A DNA stretch of 64,000 bases from Escherichia coli (GCF_003018255.1 NZ_CP027440.1); one strand, 5' to 3'. Positions 1 to 13,703 are shown, numbered from the stretch's first letter. Made by a program: numbers and translations. The notes: generated from the letters alone by a model not told the origin.

Positions 1-5
1 GAATC

Positions 6-251
6 ATGCGCATTACTATTTACACTCGTAACGATTGCGTTCAGTGCCACGCCACCAAAAGGGCGATGGAAAACCGGGGCTTTGACTTTGAAATGATTAA
101 TGTCGATCGCGTTCCTGAAGCGGCGGAAGCGCTGCGTGCTCAGGGCTTTCGTCAGTTGCCGGTCGTGATTGCAGGCGATCTTAGCTGGTCTGGTTTCCGT
201 CCGGACATGATTAACCGTCTGCATCCAGCGCCACACGCGGCCAGTGCATGA
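6..251 (+). CDS. nrdH: glutaredoxin-like protein NrdH
   Basis: 81-aa ORF; translation recognised as NrdH; heads the nrdHIEF cluster. Confidence 0.9.
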
Positions 252-658
252 GCCAGCTCGTCTACTTCTCCAGCAGCTCCGAAAATACGCAGCGTTTTAT
301 CGAACGTTTAGGGCTGCCCGCGGTGCGCATTCCGCTCAATGAGCGGGAACGGATTCAGGTAGACGAGCCTTACATCCTGATCGTGCCCTCTTACGGCGGC
401 GGCGGTACGGCTGGCGCGGTGCCACGACAGGTCATTCGCTTTTTAAACGACGAGCATAACCGGGCGTTGCTGCGCGGCGTTATTGCTTCGGGTAATCGCA
501 ACTTTGGTGAGGCGTATGGCCGCGCCGGAGATGTGATTGCCCGGAAATGCGGCGTGCCGTGGCTGTACCGCTTTGAACTCATGGGTACGCAAAGCGATAT
601 CGAAAACGTTCGTAAAGGAGTAACCGAATTTTGGCAACGACAACCGCAGAACGCCTGA
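248..658 (+). CDS. nrdI: flavodoxin-like ribonucleotide reductase stimulatory protein NrdI
   Basis: 136-aa ORF overlapping nrdH stop by 4 bp; recognised as NrdI. Confidence 0.9.
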
Positions 659-2775
659 CGCAGGAAACGATGGATTATCACGCTCTGAATGCGATGCTTA
701 ACCTTTACGATAGCGCAGGTCGCATTCAGTTCGATAAAGACCGCCAGGCCGTTGACGCCTTTATTGCGACGCATGTGCGTCCGAACAGTGTGGCCTTCAG
801 TAGCCAGCAGCAGCGCCTGAACTGGCTGGTTAACGAAGGTTACTATGATGAAAGTGTCCTTAATCGCTACTCTCGCGATTTTGTCATTACGCTGTTTGCC
901 CACGCACACGCCAGCGGTTTTCGTTTTCAGACATTCCTCGGAGCATGGAAGTTTTACACCAGCTATACGTTGAAGACATTCGACGGTAAGCGTTATCTGG
1001 AAGATTTTGCCGATCGAGTCACGATGGTGGCGCTGACGCTGGCACAAGGCGATGAAACACTGGCGACGCAACTGACCGATGAGATGCTGTCAGGACGCTT
1101 TCAGCCTGCAACACCGACATTCCTCAACTGTGGTAAGCAGCAGCGCGGCGAACTGGTTTCCTGTTTTTTGCTGCGTATTGAAGACAATATGGAGTCGATT
1201 GGCCGGGCAGTAAATTCCGCACTGCAACTGTCGAAACGCGGCGGCGGCGTTGCATTTTTGCTGTCGAATCTGCGGGAAGCGGGCGCGCCAATTAAACGTA
1301 TTGAAAATCAATCTTCTGGCGTGATTCCGGTGATGAAAATGCTGGAAGACGCATTTTCCTATGCCAACCAGCTCGGCGCGCGTCAGGGTGCTGGCGCAGT
1401 CTATTTACATGCTCATCATCCCGATATTCTGCGTTTTCTCGATACAAAACGGGAAAATGCCGACGAAAAAATCCGCATTAAAACACTGTCGCTGGGCGTG
1501 GTGATCCCGGATATCACTTTCCATCTGGCAAAAGAGAATGCGCAGATGGCGCTGTTTTCGCCCTATGACATAGAGCGAGTTTATGGCAAGCCATTTGCCG
1601 ATGTCGCCATCAGTGAACACTATGACGAACTGGTTGCCGATGAACGCATTCGCAAAAAATACCTCAACGCCCGTGATTTCTTCCAGCGACTGGCAGAGAT
1701 CCAGTTTGAGTCTGGCTATCCGTACATCATGTATGAAGACACGGTTAACCGTGCTAACCCTATCGCCGGGCGCATAAATATGAGCAATCTCTGCTCAGAA
1801 ATTTTGCAGGTTAACAGCGCCTCAGAATATGACGAGAATCTCGACTATGCCCGTACAGGCCATGATATTTCCTGCAATTTAGGTTCGTTGAATATTGCCC
1901 ACACCATGGATTCCCCCGACTTTGCCCGCACGGTAGAGACTGCCGTGCGCGGTTTAACGGCAGTATCAGATATGAGTCATATCCGCAGCGTGCCGTCCAT
2001 CGAAGCCGGAAATGCCGCCTCGCACGCCATCGGACTGGGGCAGATGAATTTACACGGTTATCTGGCGCGAGAAGGCATCGCTTATGGATCGCCGGAAGCA
2101 CTCGATTTCACCAATCTCTATTTCTATACCATCACCTGGCACGCACTGCGTACCTCGATGTTGCTGGCGCGCGAACGCGGTGAAACCTTCGCCGGGTTCA
2201 AACAGTCACGCTATGCCAGTGGTGAATATTTTAGCCAATATCTGCAAGGGAACTGGCAGCCGAAAACGGCGAAAGTTGGCGAACTGTTTACCCGTAGCGG
2301 TATTACGTTACCTACCCGTGAGATGTGGGCGCAGCTGCGCGACGACGTGATGCGCTACGGCATTTACAACCAGAATCTTCAGGCGGTGCCGCCAACCGGT
2401 TCTATCTCTTATATCAACCATGCTACGTCGAGTATTCATCCGATTGTGGCGAAAGTAGAGATACGCAAAGAGGGCAAAACAGGACGCGTTTACTACCCTG
2501 CCCCGTTTATGACTAACGAGAATCTGGCGCTGTATCAGGACGCTTACGAAATTGGCGCAGAAAAGATCATCGACACCTACGCGGAAGCGACTCGCCATGT
2601 CGATCAGGGGCTGTCGCTGACGCTGTTTTTCCCCGATACCGCCACCACTCGCGATATCAACAAAGCGCAGATTTACGCCTGGCGCAAGGGTATCAAAACG
2701 CTCTATTACATTCGCCTGCGTCAGATGGCGCTGGAAGGCACTGAAATTGAAGGCTGCGTCTCCTGTGCACTTTAA
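631..2775 (+). CDS. nrdE: class Ib ribonucleotide reductase alpha subunit
   Basis: 714-aa ORF; recognised as NrdE; overlaps nrdI 3' end. Confidence 0.93.
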
Positions 2776-3744
<969 letters not shown>

Positions 3745-4099
3745 GGGGGTTATTTTCAAAAATATCACTACCCGCTGCAGGGAAATAATTCCCGCCAAAT
3801 AGCTTTATATCACGCAAATAATTTGTGGTGATCTACACTGATACTCTGTTGCATTATTCGCCTGAAACCACAATATTCAGGCGTTTTTTTGCTATCTTTG
3901 ACAAAAAATATCAACTTTTCTCGATTTGCTCTCAGCCCTTATATCATGGGAAATTCCGGCGATTTGCTCACATCAATATTCATGCCACATTTGCCATCAG
4001 GGGTTGCCTCAGATTCTCAGTATGTTAGGGTAGAAAAAAGTGACTATTTCCATTGGGTAATGTATCGACATAAACAAATAACAGGAATCTTTCTATTGC

Positions 4100-5302
4100 A
4101 TGGCAATTAAATTAGAAATTAAAAATCTTTATAAAATATTTGGTGAGCATCCACAGCGAGCTTTCAAATATATCGAACAAGGACTTTCAAAAGAACAAAT
4201 TCTGGAAAAAACTGGGCTATCGCTTGGCGTAAAAGACGCCAGTCTGGCCATTGAAGAAGGCGAGATATTTGTCATCATGGGATTATCCGGTTCGGGTAAA
4301 TCCACAATGGTACGCCTTCTCAATCGCCTGATTGAACCCACCCGCGGGCAAGTGCTGATTGATGGTGTGGATATTGCCAAAATATCCGACGCCGAACTCC
4401 GTGAGGTGCGCAGAAAAAAGATTGCGATGGTCTTCCAGTCCTTTGCCTTAATGCCGCATATGACCGTGCTGGACAATACTGCGTTCGGTATGGAACTGGC
4501 CGGAATTAATGCCGAAGAACGCCGGGAAAAAGCCCTTGATGCACTGCGTCAGGTCGGGCTGGAAAATTATGCCCACAGCTACCCGGATGAACTCTCTGGC
4601 GGGATGCGTCAACGTGTGGGATTAGCCCGCGCGTTAGCGATTAATCCGGATATATTATTAATGGACGAAGCCTTCTCAGCACTCGATCCATTAATTCGCA
4701 CCGAGATGCAGGATGAGCTGGTAAAATTACAGGCGAAACATCAGCGCACCATTGTCTTTATTTCCCACGATCTCGATGAAGCTATGCGTATTGGCGACCG
4801 AATTGCCATTATGCAAAATGGTGAAGTGGTACAGGTCGGCACACCGGATGAAATTCTCAATAATCCGGCGAATGATTATGTCCGTACCTTCTTCCGTGGC
4901 GTAGATATTAGCCAGGTGTTCAGTGCGAAAGATATTGCTCGCCGGACACCGAACGGCTTAATTCGTAAAACCCCCGGCTTCGGCCCGCGTTCAGCACTGA
5001 AATTATTGCAGGATGAAGATCGCGAATATGGCTACGTCATCGAACGCGGTAATAAGTTTGTCGGCGCGGTGTCTATCGATTCGCTTAAAGCCGCGTTAAC
5101 GCTGCAGCAAGGTCTTGATGCGGCGCTGATTGATGCGCCGTTAGCGGTCGATGCACAAACGCCTCTTAGCGAGTTGCTCTCTCATGTCGGACAGGCACCC
5201 TGTGCGGTGCCCGTGGTCGACGAGGACCAACAGTATGTCGGCATCATTTCGAAAGGAATGCTGCTGCGCGCTTTAGATCGTGAGGGGGTAAATAATGGCT
5301 GA
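4100..5302 (+). CDS. proV: glycine betaine/proline ABC transporter ATPase
   Basis: 400-aa ORF with Walker [10 protein letters not shown] and ABC signature LSGGMRQR; recognised as ProV. Confidence 0.93.
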   Translation: MAIKLEIKNLYKIFGEHPQRAFKYIEQGLSKEQILEKTGLSLGVKDASLAIEEGEIFVIMGLSGSGKSTMVRLLNRLIEPTRGQVLIDGVDIAKISDAELREVRRKKIAMVFQSFALMPHMTVLDNTAFGMELAGINAEERREKALDALRQVGLENYAHSYPDELSGGMRQRVGLARALAINPDILLMDEAFSALDPLIRTEMQDELVKLQAKHQRTIVFISHDLDEAMRIGDRIAIMQNGEVVQVGTPDEILNNPANDYVRTFFRGVDISQVFSAKDIARRTPNGLIRKTPGFGPRSALKLLQDEDREYGYVIERGNKFVGAVSIDSLKAALTLQQGLDAALIDAPLAVDAQTPLSELLSHVGQAPCAVPVVDEDQQYVGIISKGMLLRALDREGVNNG

Positions 5303-6359
5303 TCAAAATAATCCGTGGGATACCACGCCAGCGGCGGACAGTGCTGCACAATCCGCAGACGCCTGGGGTACACCGGCTGCTGCACCGACTGACGGCGGTG
5401 GTGCTGACTGGCTGACCAGTACGCCTGCGCCAAACGTCGAGCATTTTAATATTCTCGATCCGTTCCATAAAACACTGATCCCGCTCGACAGTTGGGTCAC
5501 TGAAGGGATCGACTGGGTCGTTACCCATTTCCGTCCCGTCTTCCAGGGCGTGCGCGTTCCGGTTGATTATATCCTCAACGGTTTCCAGCAATTGCTGCTG
5601 GGTATGCCCGCTCCGGTGGCGATTATCGTTTTCGCTCTCATCGCCTGGCAGATTTCCGGGGTCGGAATGGGCGTGGCGACGCTGGTTTCGCTGATTGCCA
5701 TCGGCGCAATCGGTGCCTGGTCGCAGGCCATGGTTACCCTGGCGCTGGTGTTAACCGCCCTGCTGTTCTGTATCGTCATAGGTTTGCCGTTGGGGATCTG
5801 GCTGGCGAGAAGTCCGCGAGCGGCGAAAATTATTCGTCCACTGCTTGATGCCATGCAGACCACGCCCGCGTTTGTTTATCTGGTGCCAATCGTCATGCTG
5901 TTTGGTATCGGTAACGTGCCGGGCGTGGTGGTGACGATCATCTTTGCGCTGCCGCCGATTATCCGTCTGACGATTCTGGGAATTAACCAGGTTCCGGCGG
6001 ATCTGATTGAAGCCTCGCGCTCATTCGGTGCCAGCCCGCGCCAGATGCTGTTCAAAGTTCAGTTACCGCTGGCGATGCCGACCATTATGGCGGGCGTTAA
6101 CCAGACGCTGATGCTGGCCCTTTCTATGGTGGTCATCGCCTCGATGATTGCCGTCGGCGGGCTGGGTCAGATGGTGCTTCGCGGTATCGGTCGTCTGGAT
6201 ATGGGGCTTGCCACCGTTGGCGGCGTCGGGATTGTGATCCTCGCCATTATCCTCGACCGCCTGACGCAGGCCGTTGGGCGCGACTCACGCAGTCGCGGCA
6301 ACCGTCGCTGGTACACCACTGGCCCTGTCGGTCTGCTGACCCGCCCATTCATTAAGTAA
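5295..6359 (+). CDS. proW: glycine betaine/proline ABC transporter permease
   Basis: 354-aa hydrophobic ORF overlapping proV by 8 bp; recognised as ProW. Confidence 0.92.
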   Translation: MADQNNPWDTTPAADSAAQSADAWGTPAAAPTDGGGADWLTSTPAPNVEHFNILDPFHKTLIPLDSWVTEGIDWVVTHFRPVFQGVRVPVDYILNGFQQLLLGMPAPVAIIVFALIAWQISGVGMGVATLVSLIAIGAIGAWSQAMVTLALVLTALLFCIVIGLPLGIWLARSPRAAKIIRPLLDAMQTTPAFVYLVPIVMLFGIGNVPGVVVTIIFALPPIIRLTILGINQVPADLIEASRSFGASPRQMLFKVQLPLAMPTIMAGVNQTLMLALSMVVIASMIAVGGLGQMVLRGIGRLDMGLATVGGVGIVILAIILDRLTQAVGRDSRSRGNRRWYTTGPVGLLTRPFIK

Positions 6360-6416
6360 CTCTGCACTTGCCCGGTGACGCCGGGCATTATCACCCTGCC
6401 AAAAAAAGGAATAACA

Positions 6417-7409
6417 ATGCGACATAGCGTACTTTTTGCGACAGCGTTTGCCACGCTTATCTCTACACAAACTTTTGCTGCCGACCTGCCGGGCAAAGGC
6501 ATTACTGTTAATCCGGTTCAGAGCACCATCACCGAAGAAACTTTCCAGACGCTGCTGGTCAGCCGCGCGCTGGAGAAATTAGGTTATACCGTCAATAAAC
6601 CCAGCGAAGTGGATTACAACGTTGGCTACACCTCGCTTGCTTCCGGCGATGCAACCTTCACCGCAGTGAACTGGACGCCACTGCATGACAACATGTACGA
6701 AGCTGCCGGTGGCGATAAGAAATTTTATCGTGAAGGAGTATTTGTTAACGGCGCGGCACAGGGTTACCTGATCGATAAGAAAACTGCCGACCAGTACAAA
6801 ATTACCAACATCGCGCAACTTAAAGATCCGAAGATCGCCAAACTGTTCGATACCAACGGCGACGGTAAAGCGGATTTAACCGGCTGTAACCCAGGCTGGG
6901 GCTGCGAAGGTGCGATCAACCACCAGCTTGCCGCGTATGGACTGACCAATACCGTGACGCATAATCAGGGGAACTACGCAGCGATGATGGCTGACACCAT
7001 CAGTCGTTACAAAGAGGGTAAGCCGGTGTTTTACTACACCTGGACGCCGTACTGGGTGAGTAACGAACTGAAACCGGGGAAAGATGTGGTCTGGTTGCAG
7101 GTGCCGTTCTCCGCACTGCCGGGCGATAAAAATGCCGATACCAAACTGCCGAATGGCGCGAATTACGGCTTCCCGGTCAGTACCATGCATATCGTTGCCA
7201 ACAAAGCCTGGGCCGAGAAAAACCCGGCAGCAGCGAAACTGTTTGCCATTATGCAGTTACCAGTGGCTGATATTAACGCCCAGAACGCCATTATGCATGA
7301 CGGCAAAGCCTCAGAAGGCGATATTCAGGGCCACGTTGATGGCTGGATCAAAGCCCACCAGCAGCAGTTCGATGGCTGGGTGAATGAGGCGCTGGCAGCG
7401 CAGAAGTAA
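6417..7409 (+). CDS. proX: glycine betaine/proline periplasmic binding protein
   Basis: ORF 6375-7409; start placed at internal ATG 6417 ([11 protein letters not shown] signal peptide, about 330 aa); recognised as ProX. Confidence 0.88.
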   Translation: MRHSVLFATAFATLISTQTFAADLPGKGITVNPVQSTITEETFQTLLVSRALEKLGYTVNKPSEVDYNVGYTSLASGDATFTAVNWTPLHDNMYEAAGGDKKFYREGVFVNGAAQGYLIDKKTADQYKITNIAQLKDPKIAKLFDTNGDGKADLTGCNPGWGCEGAINHQLAAYGLTNTVTHNQGNYAAMMADTISRYKEGKPVFYYTWTPYWVSNELKPGKDVVWLQVPFSALPGDKNADTKLPNGANYGFPVSTMHIVANKAWAEKNPAAAKLFAIMQLPVADINAQNAIMHDGKASEGDIQGHVDGWIKAHQQQFDGWVNEALAAQK

Positions 7410-7417
7410 TTTTTATT

Positions 7418-7498
7418 CGGGCGGATAAGGCGTTTTTGCCTCATCCGCCGCTCTGTACACAATGCCTGATGCGACGCTGGTGCGTCTTATCATACCTA
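7418..7498. repeat. REP-like palindromic elements downstream of proX
   Basis: Two GC-rich imperfect palindromes (gcggataaggcg...cgccgcatccg type and gcctgatgcgacgctggtgcgtcttatca) in the proX-ygaY spacer. Confidence 0.6.
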
Positions 7499-7600
7499 CA
7501 AACCACACCGCACATTTCAACAATCTATCTTTCATCCCATATTCATCAACATCCGCTATTATTGATTTCCAGCTTAATCATCACCTGATGAACAAAAATA

Positions 7601-8785
7601 ATGACTAAACCTAATCATGAGCTTAGCCCGGCGCTGATCGTGCTGATGTCTATCGCCACCGGCCTGGCGGTAGCCAGTAACTATTACGCCCAGCCATTGC
7701 TCGACACCATCGCGCGTAACTTTTCCCTTTCCGCCAGTTCGGCAGGCTTTATTGTTACCGCCGCGCAGTTGGGCTATGCCGCAGGTCTGCTGTTTCTTGT
7801 TCCCCTCGGTGATATGTTTGAACGCCGCCGCCTGATTGTCTCGATGACCTTACTGGCAGCAGGCGGCATGTTAATCACTGCCAGCAGTCAGTCGCTGGCG
7901 ATGATGATCCTCGGTACAGCATTAACCGGTTTATTTTCAGTCGTGGCACAAATTCTGGTTCCACTGGCAGCGACGCTGGCTTCACCGGACAAACGCGGCA
8001 AAGTGGTTGGCACCATTATGAGCGGTCTGCTATTGGGGATCTTACTCGCACGGACCGTTGCCGGATTGCTGGCGAATCTCGGCGGCTGGCGCACCGTCTT
8101 TTGGGTTGCTTCGATGTTAATGGCACTGATGGCGCTGGCATTATGGCGTGGTCTGCCACAAATGAAATCAGAAACCCACCTTAACTACCCACAGTTGTTG
8201 GGTTCCGTTTTCAGCATGTTTATCAGCAATAAGATCCTGCGCACCCGCGCGTTGCTGGGCTGCCTGACCTTTGCCAACTTCAGCATTCTCTGGACCTCAA
8301 TGGCCTTTTTGCTTGCCGCTCCACCTTTTAACTACAGCGATGGTGTAATTGGTCTGTTTGGGCTTGCGGGAGCTGCCGGAGCGTTGGGCGCTCGTCCGGC
8401 GGGCGGTTTTGCCGATAAGGGCAAATCGCACCACACCACAACTTTCGGTCTGCTGCTGCTGTTACTTTCATGGCTGGCAATCTGGTTTGGTCACACTTCC
8501 GTACTGGCGCTGATTATCGGCATCCTGGTGCTGGACCTCACCGTGCAGGGCGTGCATATCACTAACCAGACGGTAATTTATCGAATACACCCTGATGCGC
8601 GTAATCGCCTGACCGCAGGTTACATGACCAGCTACTTTATTGGCGGTGCCGCTGGTTCGCTAATTTCAGCCTCAGCCTGGCAACATGGCGGTTGGGCTGG
8701 CGTGTGTCTGGCTGGCGCGACGATTGCCCTGGTTAACTTACTGGTCTGGTGGCGAGGTTTTCATCGTCAGGAAGCCGCAAATTAA
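7601..8785 (+). CDS. ygaY: MFS-family transporter (intact ygaY-like)
   Basis: 394-aa uninterrupted hydrophobic ORF with multiple predicted TM segments; recognised as YgaY family. Confidence 0.8.
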   Translation: MTKPNHELSPALIVLMSIATGLAVASNYYAQPLLDTIARNFSLSASSAGFIVTAAQLGYAAGLLFLVPLGDMFERRRLIVSMTLLAAGGMLITASSQSLAMMILGTALTGLFSVVAQILVPLAATLASPDKRGKVVGTIMSGLLLGILLARTVAGLLANLGGWRTVFWVASMLMALMALALWRGLPQMKSETHLNYPQLLGSVFSMFISNKILRTRALLGCLTFANFSILWTSMAFLLAAPPFNYSDGVIGLFGLAGAAGALGARPAGGFADKGKSHHTTTFGLLLLLLSWLAIWFGHTSVLALIIGILVLDLTVQGVHITNQTVIYRIHPDARNRLTAGYMTSYFIGGAAGSLISASAWQHGGWAGVCLAGATIALVNLLVWWRGFHRQEAAN

Positions 8786-8908
8786 GCAATCAGCAACCGT
8801 TTTCGTGGCTTTACACTTATAAGGGTGTTAAGAAGCCCATCAGTCTGATAAGGTTAAGATATTCATTCAGTCTATTTATAATATTAACAATCGTTAAGCG
8901 TACACTCT

Positions 8909-9646
8909 ATGGAAAGCCCTACTCCACAGCCTGCTCCTGGTTCGGCGACCTTCATGGAAGGATGCAAAGACAGTTTACCGATTGTTATTAGTTATATTCC
9001 GGTGGCCTTTGCGTTCGGTCTGAATGCGACCCGTCTGGGATTCTCTCCTCTCGAAAGCGTTTTTTTCTCCTGCATCATTTATGCAGGCGCGAGCCAGTTC
9101 GTCATTACCGCGATGCTGGCAGCCGGGAGTAGTTTGTGGGTTGCTGCACTGACCGTCATGGCAATGGATGTTCGCCATGTTTTGTATGGCCCGTCACTGC
9201 GTAGCCGTATTATTCAGCGTCTGCAAAAATCGAAAACCGCCCTGTGGGCATTTGGCCTGACGGATGAGGTTTTTGCCGCCGCAACCGCAAAACTGGTACG
9301 CAATAATCGCCGCTGGAGCGAGAACTGGATGATCGGCATTGCCTTCAGTTCATGGTCATCGTGGGTATTTGGTACGGTAATAGGGGCATTCTCCGGCAGC
9401 GGCTTGCTGCAAGGATATCCCGCCGTTGAAGCAGCATTAGGTTTTATGCTTCCGGCACTCTTTATGAGTTTCCTGCTCGCCTCTTTCCAGCGCAAACAAT
9501 CTCTTTGCGTTACCGCAGCGTTAGTTGGTGCCCTTGCAGGCGTAACGCTATTTTCTATTCCCGTCGCCATTCTGGCAGGCATTGTCTGTGGCTGCCTCAC
9601 TGCGTTAATCCAGGCATTCTGGCAAGGAGCGCCCGATGAGCTATGA
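8909..9646 (+). CDS. ygaZ: AzlC-family branched-chain amino acid (L-valine) exporter subunit
   Basis: 245-aa membrane ORF; recognised as YgaZ. Confidence 0.88.
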   Translation: MESPTPQPAPGSATFMEGCKDSLPIVISYIPVAFAFGLNATRLGFSPLESVFFSCIIYAGASQFVITAMLAAGSSLWVAALTVMAMDVRHVLYGPSLRSRIIQRLQKSKTALWAFGLTDEVFAAATAKLVRNNRRWSENWMIGIAFSSWSSWVFGTVIGAFSGSGLLQGYPAVEAALGFMLPALFMSFLLASFQRKQSLCVTAALVGALAGVTLFSIPVAILAGIVCGCLTALIQAFWQGAPDEL

Positions 9647-9971
9647 GGTTCTGCTGCTTGGGTTACTGGTTGGCGCGGCGAATTATTGCTTCCGCTATCT
9701 GCCGCTGCGCCTGCGTGTGGGTAATGCCCGCCCAACCAAACGTGGCGCGGTAGGTATTTTGCTCGACACCATTGGCATCGCCTCGATATGCGCTCTGCTG
9801 GTTGTTTCTACCGCACCAGAAGTGATGCACGATACACGCCGTTTCGTGCCCACACTGGTCGGCTTCGCGGTACTGGGTGCCAGTTTCTATAAAACACGCA
9901 GCATTATCATCCCAACACTGCTTAGTGCGCTGGCCTATGGGCTAGCCTGGAAAGTGATGGCGATTATATAA
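9636..9971 (+). CDS. ygaH: AzlD-family exporter small subunit
   Basis: 111-aa membrane ORF overlapping ygaZ 3' end; recognised as YgaH. Confidence 0.88.
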   Translation: MSYEVLLLGLLVGAANYCFRYLPLRLRVGNARPTKRGAVGILLDTIGIASICALLVVSTAPEVMHDTRRFVPTLVGFAVLGASFYKTRSIIIPTLLSALAYGLAWKVMAII

Positions 9972-10061
9972 CCCACAAGAATCATTTTTCTAAAACAATA
10001 CATTTACTTTATTTGTCACTGTCGTTACTATATCGGCTGAAATTAATGAGGTCATACCCAA

Positions 10062-10592
10062 ATGGATAGTTCGTTTACGCCCATTGAACAAATGCTAAAA
10101 TTTCGCGCCAGCCGCCACGAAGATTTTCCTTATCAGGAGATCCTTCTGACCCGTCTTTGCATGCATATGCAAAGCAAGCTGCTGGAAAACCGCAATAAAA
10201 TGCTGAAGGCTCAGGGGATTAACGAGACGTTGTTTATGGCGTTGATTACGCTGGAGTCTCAGGAAAACCACAGTATTCAGCCTTCTGAATTGAGTTGTGC
10301 TCTTGGATCATCCCGTACCAACGCGACGCGTATTGCCGATGAACTGGAAAAACGCGGTTGGATCGAACGTCGTGAAAGCGATAACGATCGCCGCTGCCTG
10401 CATCTGCAATTAACGGAAAAAGGTCACGAGTTTTTGCGCGAGGTTTTACCGCCGCAGCATAACTGCCTGCATCAACTCTGGTCCGCGCTCAGCACAACAG
10501 AAAAAGACCAGCTCGAGCAAATCACCCGCAAATTGCTCTCCCGTCTCGACCAGATGGAACAGGACGGTGTGGTTCTCGAAGCGATGAGCTAA
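10062..10592 (+). CDS. mprA: MarR-family transcriptional repressor of emrAB
   Basis: 176-aa ORF immediately upstream of emrAB; recognised as MprA/EmrR. Confidence 0.92.
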
Positions 10593-10718
10593 CGCGTCAT
10601 CTCGCTCAAAAATCCAGATTTATAAAAGAAAAAATGACTGGCCAGCATCGCAACATGCTGGCCTTTTTGGCAAGCAGGTCGGCTCAGCCGATGAGTTAAG
10701 AAGATCGTGGAGAACAAT

Positions 10719-11891
10719 ATGAGCGCAAATGCGGAGACTCAAACCCCGCAGCAACCGGTAAAGAAGAGCGGCAAACGTAAGCGTCTGCTCCTCCTTCTCA
10801 CCTTGCTCTTTATAATTATTGCCGTAGCGATAGGGATTTATTGGTTTTTGGTACTGCGTCATTTCGAAGAAACTGATGACGCATACGTGGCAGGGAATCA
10901 GATTCAAATTATGTCTCAGGTGTCTGGCAGCGTGACGAAAGTCTGGGCCGATAACACCGATTTTGTAAAAGAAGGCGATGTGCTGGTCACTCTCGACCCG
11001 ACAGATGCTCGCCAGGCGTTTGAAAAAGCCAAAACTGCACTGGCTTCCAGCGTTCGCCAAACCCACCAGCTGATGATTAACAGCAAACAGTTGCAGGCGA
11101 ATATTGAGGTGCAAAAAATCGCCCTCGCGAAAGCACAAAGCGACTACAACCGCCGTGTGCCGCTGGGCAATGCCAACCTGATTGGTCGCGAAGAGCTGCA
11201 ACACGCCCGCGACGCCGTTACCAGTGCCCAGGCACAACTGGACGTCGCTATTCAACAATACAATGCCAATCAGGCGATGATTCTGGGGACTAAACTGGAA
11301 GATCAGCCTGCCGTGCAACAGGCTGCCACCGAAGTACGTAACGCCTGGCTGGCGCTGGAGCGTACCCGTATTGTCAGTCCGATGACCGGTTATGTCTCCC
11401 GCCGCGCGGTACAGCCTGGGGCGCAAATTAGCCCAACGACGCCGCTGATGGCGGTCGTTCCAGCCACCAATATGTGGGTGGATGCCAACTTTAAAGAGAC
11501 GCAGATTGCCAATATGCGTATCGGTCAGCCGGTCACCATCACCACCGATATTTACGGCGATGATGTGAAATACACCGGAAAAGTGGTTGGTCTGGATATG
11601 GGCACAGGTAGCGCGTTCTCACTGCTTCCGGCGCAAAATGCAACCGGTAACTGGATCAAAGTCGTTCAGCGTCTGCCTGTTCGTATTGAACTGGACCAGA
11701 AACAGCTCGAGCAATACCCGCTGCGTATCGGTTTGTCCACGCTGGTGAGCGTCAATACCACTAACCGTGACGGTCAGGTACTGGCAAATAAAGTACGTTC
11801 CACACCGGTAGCGGTAAGCACCGCGCGTGAAATCAGCCTGGCACCTGTCAATAAACTGATCGACGATATCGTAAAAGCTAACGCTGGCTAA
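10719..11891 (+). CDS. emrA: multidrug efflux membrane fusion protein
   Basis: ORF 10707-11891; start placed at MSANAETQ (390 aa); recognised as EmrA. Confidence 0.92.
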   Translation: MSANAETQTPQQPVKKSGKRKRLLLLLTLLFIIIAVAIGIYWFLVLRHFEETDDAYVAGNQIQIMSQVSGSVTKVWADNTDFVKEGDVLVTLDPTDARQAFEKAKTALASSVRQTHQLMINSKQLQANIEVQKIALAKAQSDYNRRVPLGNANLIGREELQHARDAVTSAQAQLDVAIQQYNANQAMILGTKLEDQPAVQQAATEVRNAWLALERTRIVSPMTGYVSRRAVQPGAQISPTTPLMAVVPATNMWVDANFKETQIANMRIGQPVTITTDIYGDDVKYTGKVVGLDMGTGSAFSLLPAQNATGNWIKVVQRLPVRIELDQKQLEQYPLRIGLSTLVSVNTTNRDGQVLANKVRSTPVAVSTAREISLAPVNKLIDDIVKANAG

Positions 11892-11907
11892 TCCAGAGGT
11901 GCGTGTG

Positions 11908-13446
11908 ATGCAACAGCAAAAACCGCTGGAAGGCGCGCAACTGGTCATTATGACGATTGCGCTGTCACTGGCGACATTCATGCAGGTGCTGGACTCCACC
12001 ATTGCTAACGTGGCGATCCCCACTATCGCCGGGAATCTGGGCTCATCGCTCAGCCAGGGAACGTGGGTAATCACTTCTTTCGGGGTGGCGAATGCCATCT
12101 CGATCCCGCTTACCGGCTGGCTGGCAAAGCGCGTCGGGGAAGTGAAACTGTTCCTCTGGTCCACCATCGCCTTTGCTATTGCGTCGTGGGCGTGTGGTGT
12201 CTCCAGCAGCCTGAATATGCTGATCTTCTTCCGCGTGATTCAGGGGATTGTCGCCGGGCCGCTGATCCCGCTTTCGCAAAGTCTATTGCTTAATAACTAC
12301 CCGCCAGCCAAACGCTCGATCGCGCTGGCGTTGTGGTCGATGACGGTGATTGTCGCGCCAATTTGCGGCCCGATCCTCGGCGGTTATATCAGCGATAATT
12401 ACCACTGGGGCTGGATATTCTTCATCAACGTACCGATTGGCGTGGCGGTGGTGTTGATGACACTGCAAACCCTGCGCGGACGTGAAACCCGCACCGAACG
12501 GCGGCGGATTGATGCCGTGGGGCTGGCACTGCTGGTTATTGGTATCGGTAGCCTGCAGATTATGCTCGACCGCGGTAAAGAGCTGGACTGGTTCTCATCA
12601 CAGGAAATTATCATCCTTACCGTGGTGGCAGTGGTGGCTATCTGCTTCCTGATTGTCTGGGAGCTGACCGACGATAACCCGATAGTCGATCTGTCGTTGT
12701 TTAAGTCGCGCAACTTCACCATCGGCTGCTTGTGTATCAGCCTCGCGTATATGCTCTACTTCGGCGCGATTGTTCTGCTGCCGCAGTTGTTGCAGGAGGT
12801 CTACGGTTACACGGCAACGTGGGCAGGTCTGGCCTCTGCGCCGGTAGGGATTATTCCGGTGATCCTGTCGCCGATTATCGGCCGCTTCGCGCATAAACTG
12901 GATATGCGGCGGCTGGTAACCTTCAGCTTTATTATGTATGCCGTCTGCTTCTACTGGCGCGCCTATACCTTTGAACCAGGTATGGATTTTGGCGCGTCGG
13001 CCTGGCCGCAGTTTATCCAGGGGTTTGCGGTGGCCTGCTTCTTTATGCCGCTGACCACCATTACGCTGTCTGGTTTGCCACCGGAACGACTGGCGGCGGC
13101 ATCGAGCCTCTCTAACTTTACGCGAACGCTGGCGGGGTCTATCGGCACATCCATCACCACCACCATGTGGACCAACCGCGAGTCGATGCACCATGCGCAG
13201 TTGACTGAGTCGGTAAATCCGTTCAACCCGAATGCCCAGGCGATGTATAGTCAACTGGAAGGACTGGGGATGACGCAACAGCAGGCATCAGGCTGGATTG
13301 CCCAGCAGATCACCAATCAGGGGCTGATTATTTCTGCCAATGAGATCTTCTGGATGTCAGCCGGGATATTCCTCGTCTTGCTGGGGCTGGTGTGGTTTGC
13401 TAAACCGCCATTTGGCGCAGGTGGCGGCGGAGGTGGTGCGCACTAA
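11908..13446 (+). CDS. emrB: MFS multidrug efflux pump
   Basis: 512 aa from ATG 11908 (MQQQKPLEG); recognised as EmrB. Confidence 0.93.
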   Translation: MQQQKPLEGAQLVIMTIALSLATFMQVLDSTIANVAIPTIAGNLGSSLSQGTWVITSFGVANAISIPLTGWLAKRVGEVKLFLWSTIAFAIASWACGVSSSLNMLIFFRVIQGIVAGPLIPLSQSLLLNNYPPAKRSIALALWSMTVIVAPICGPILGGYISDNYHWGWIFFINVPIGVAVVLMTLQTLRGRETRTERRRIDAVGLALLVIGIGSLQIMLDRGKELDWFSSQEIIILTVVAVVAICFLIVWELTDDNPIVDLSLFKSRNFTIGCLCISLAYMLYFGAIVLLPQLLQEVYGYTATWAGLASAPVGIIPVILSPIIGRFAHKLDMRRLVTFSFIMYAVCFYWRAYTFEPGMDFGASAWPQFIQGFAVACFFMPLTTITLSGLPPERLAAASSLSNFTRTLAGSIGTSITTTMWTNRESMHHAQLTESVNPFNPNAQAMYSQLEGLGMTQQQASGWIAQQITNQGLIISANEIFWMSAGIFLVLLGLVWFAKPPFGAGGGGGGAH

Positions 13447-13454
13447 GGTTGTCA

Positions 13455-13480
13455 AAGGGAGCTGCGGCTCCCTTTTTATT
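13455..13480 (+). terminator. rho-independent terminator after emrB
   Basis: Stem GGGAGC / GCTCCC with loop TGCG, followed by TTTTT. Confidence 0.7.
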
Positions 13481-13703
13481 TGCTCATTTTGCAAACGGTT
13501 GTTTTATCCACTCATTCGGTGTATCTTTTCGCCGCCCCAAACTCTTCCATTCACCATTAACCGGTTCTGAGCATTCGCTCAGGTTGTTAATTCTCTTTTT
13601 CTTTCGCCCTCGCTTTCGCGGGTGATACTCACATTTTTCTTTTAACCCCATAACTCGCACCCTCGCGGGCGTACATTTATTACACACAAAATAATGGATT
13701 ATT

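Noticed and set aside
391-1071. 226-aa minus-strand ORF
   Set aside because: Antisense to nrdI/nrdE; no ribosome-binding site or motif support.
10620-11426. 268-aa minus-strand ORF
   Set aside because: Antisense to emrA; low-complexity translation.
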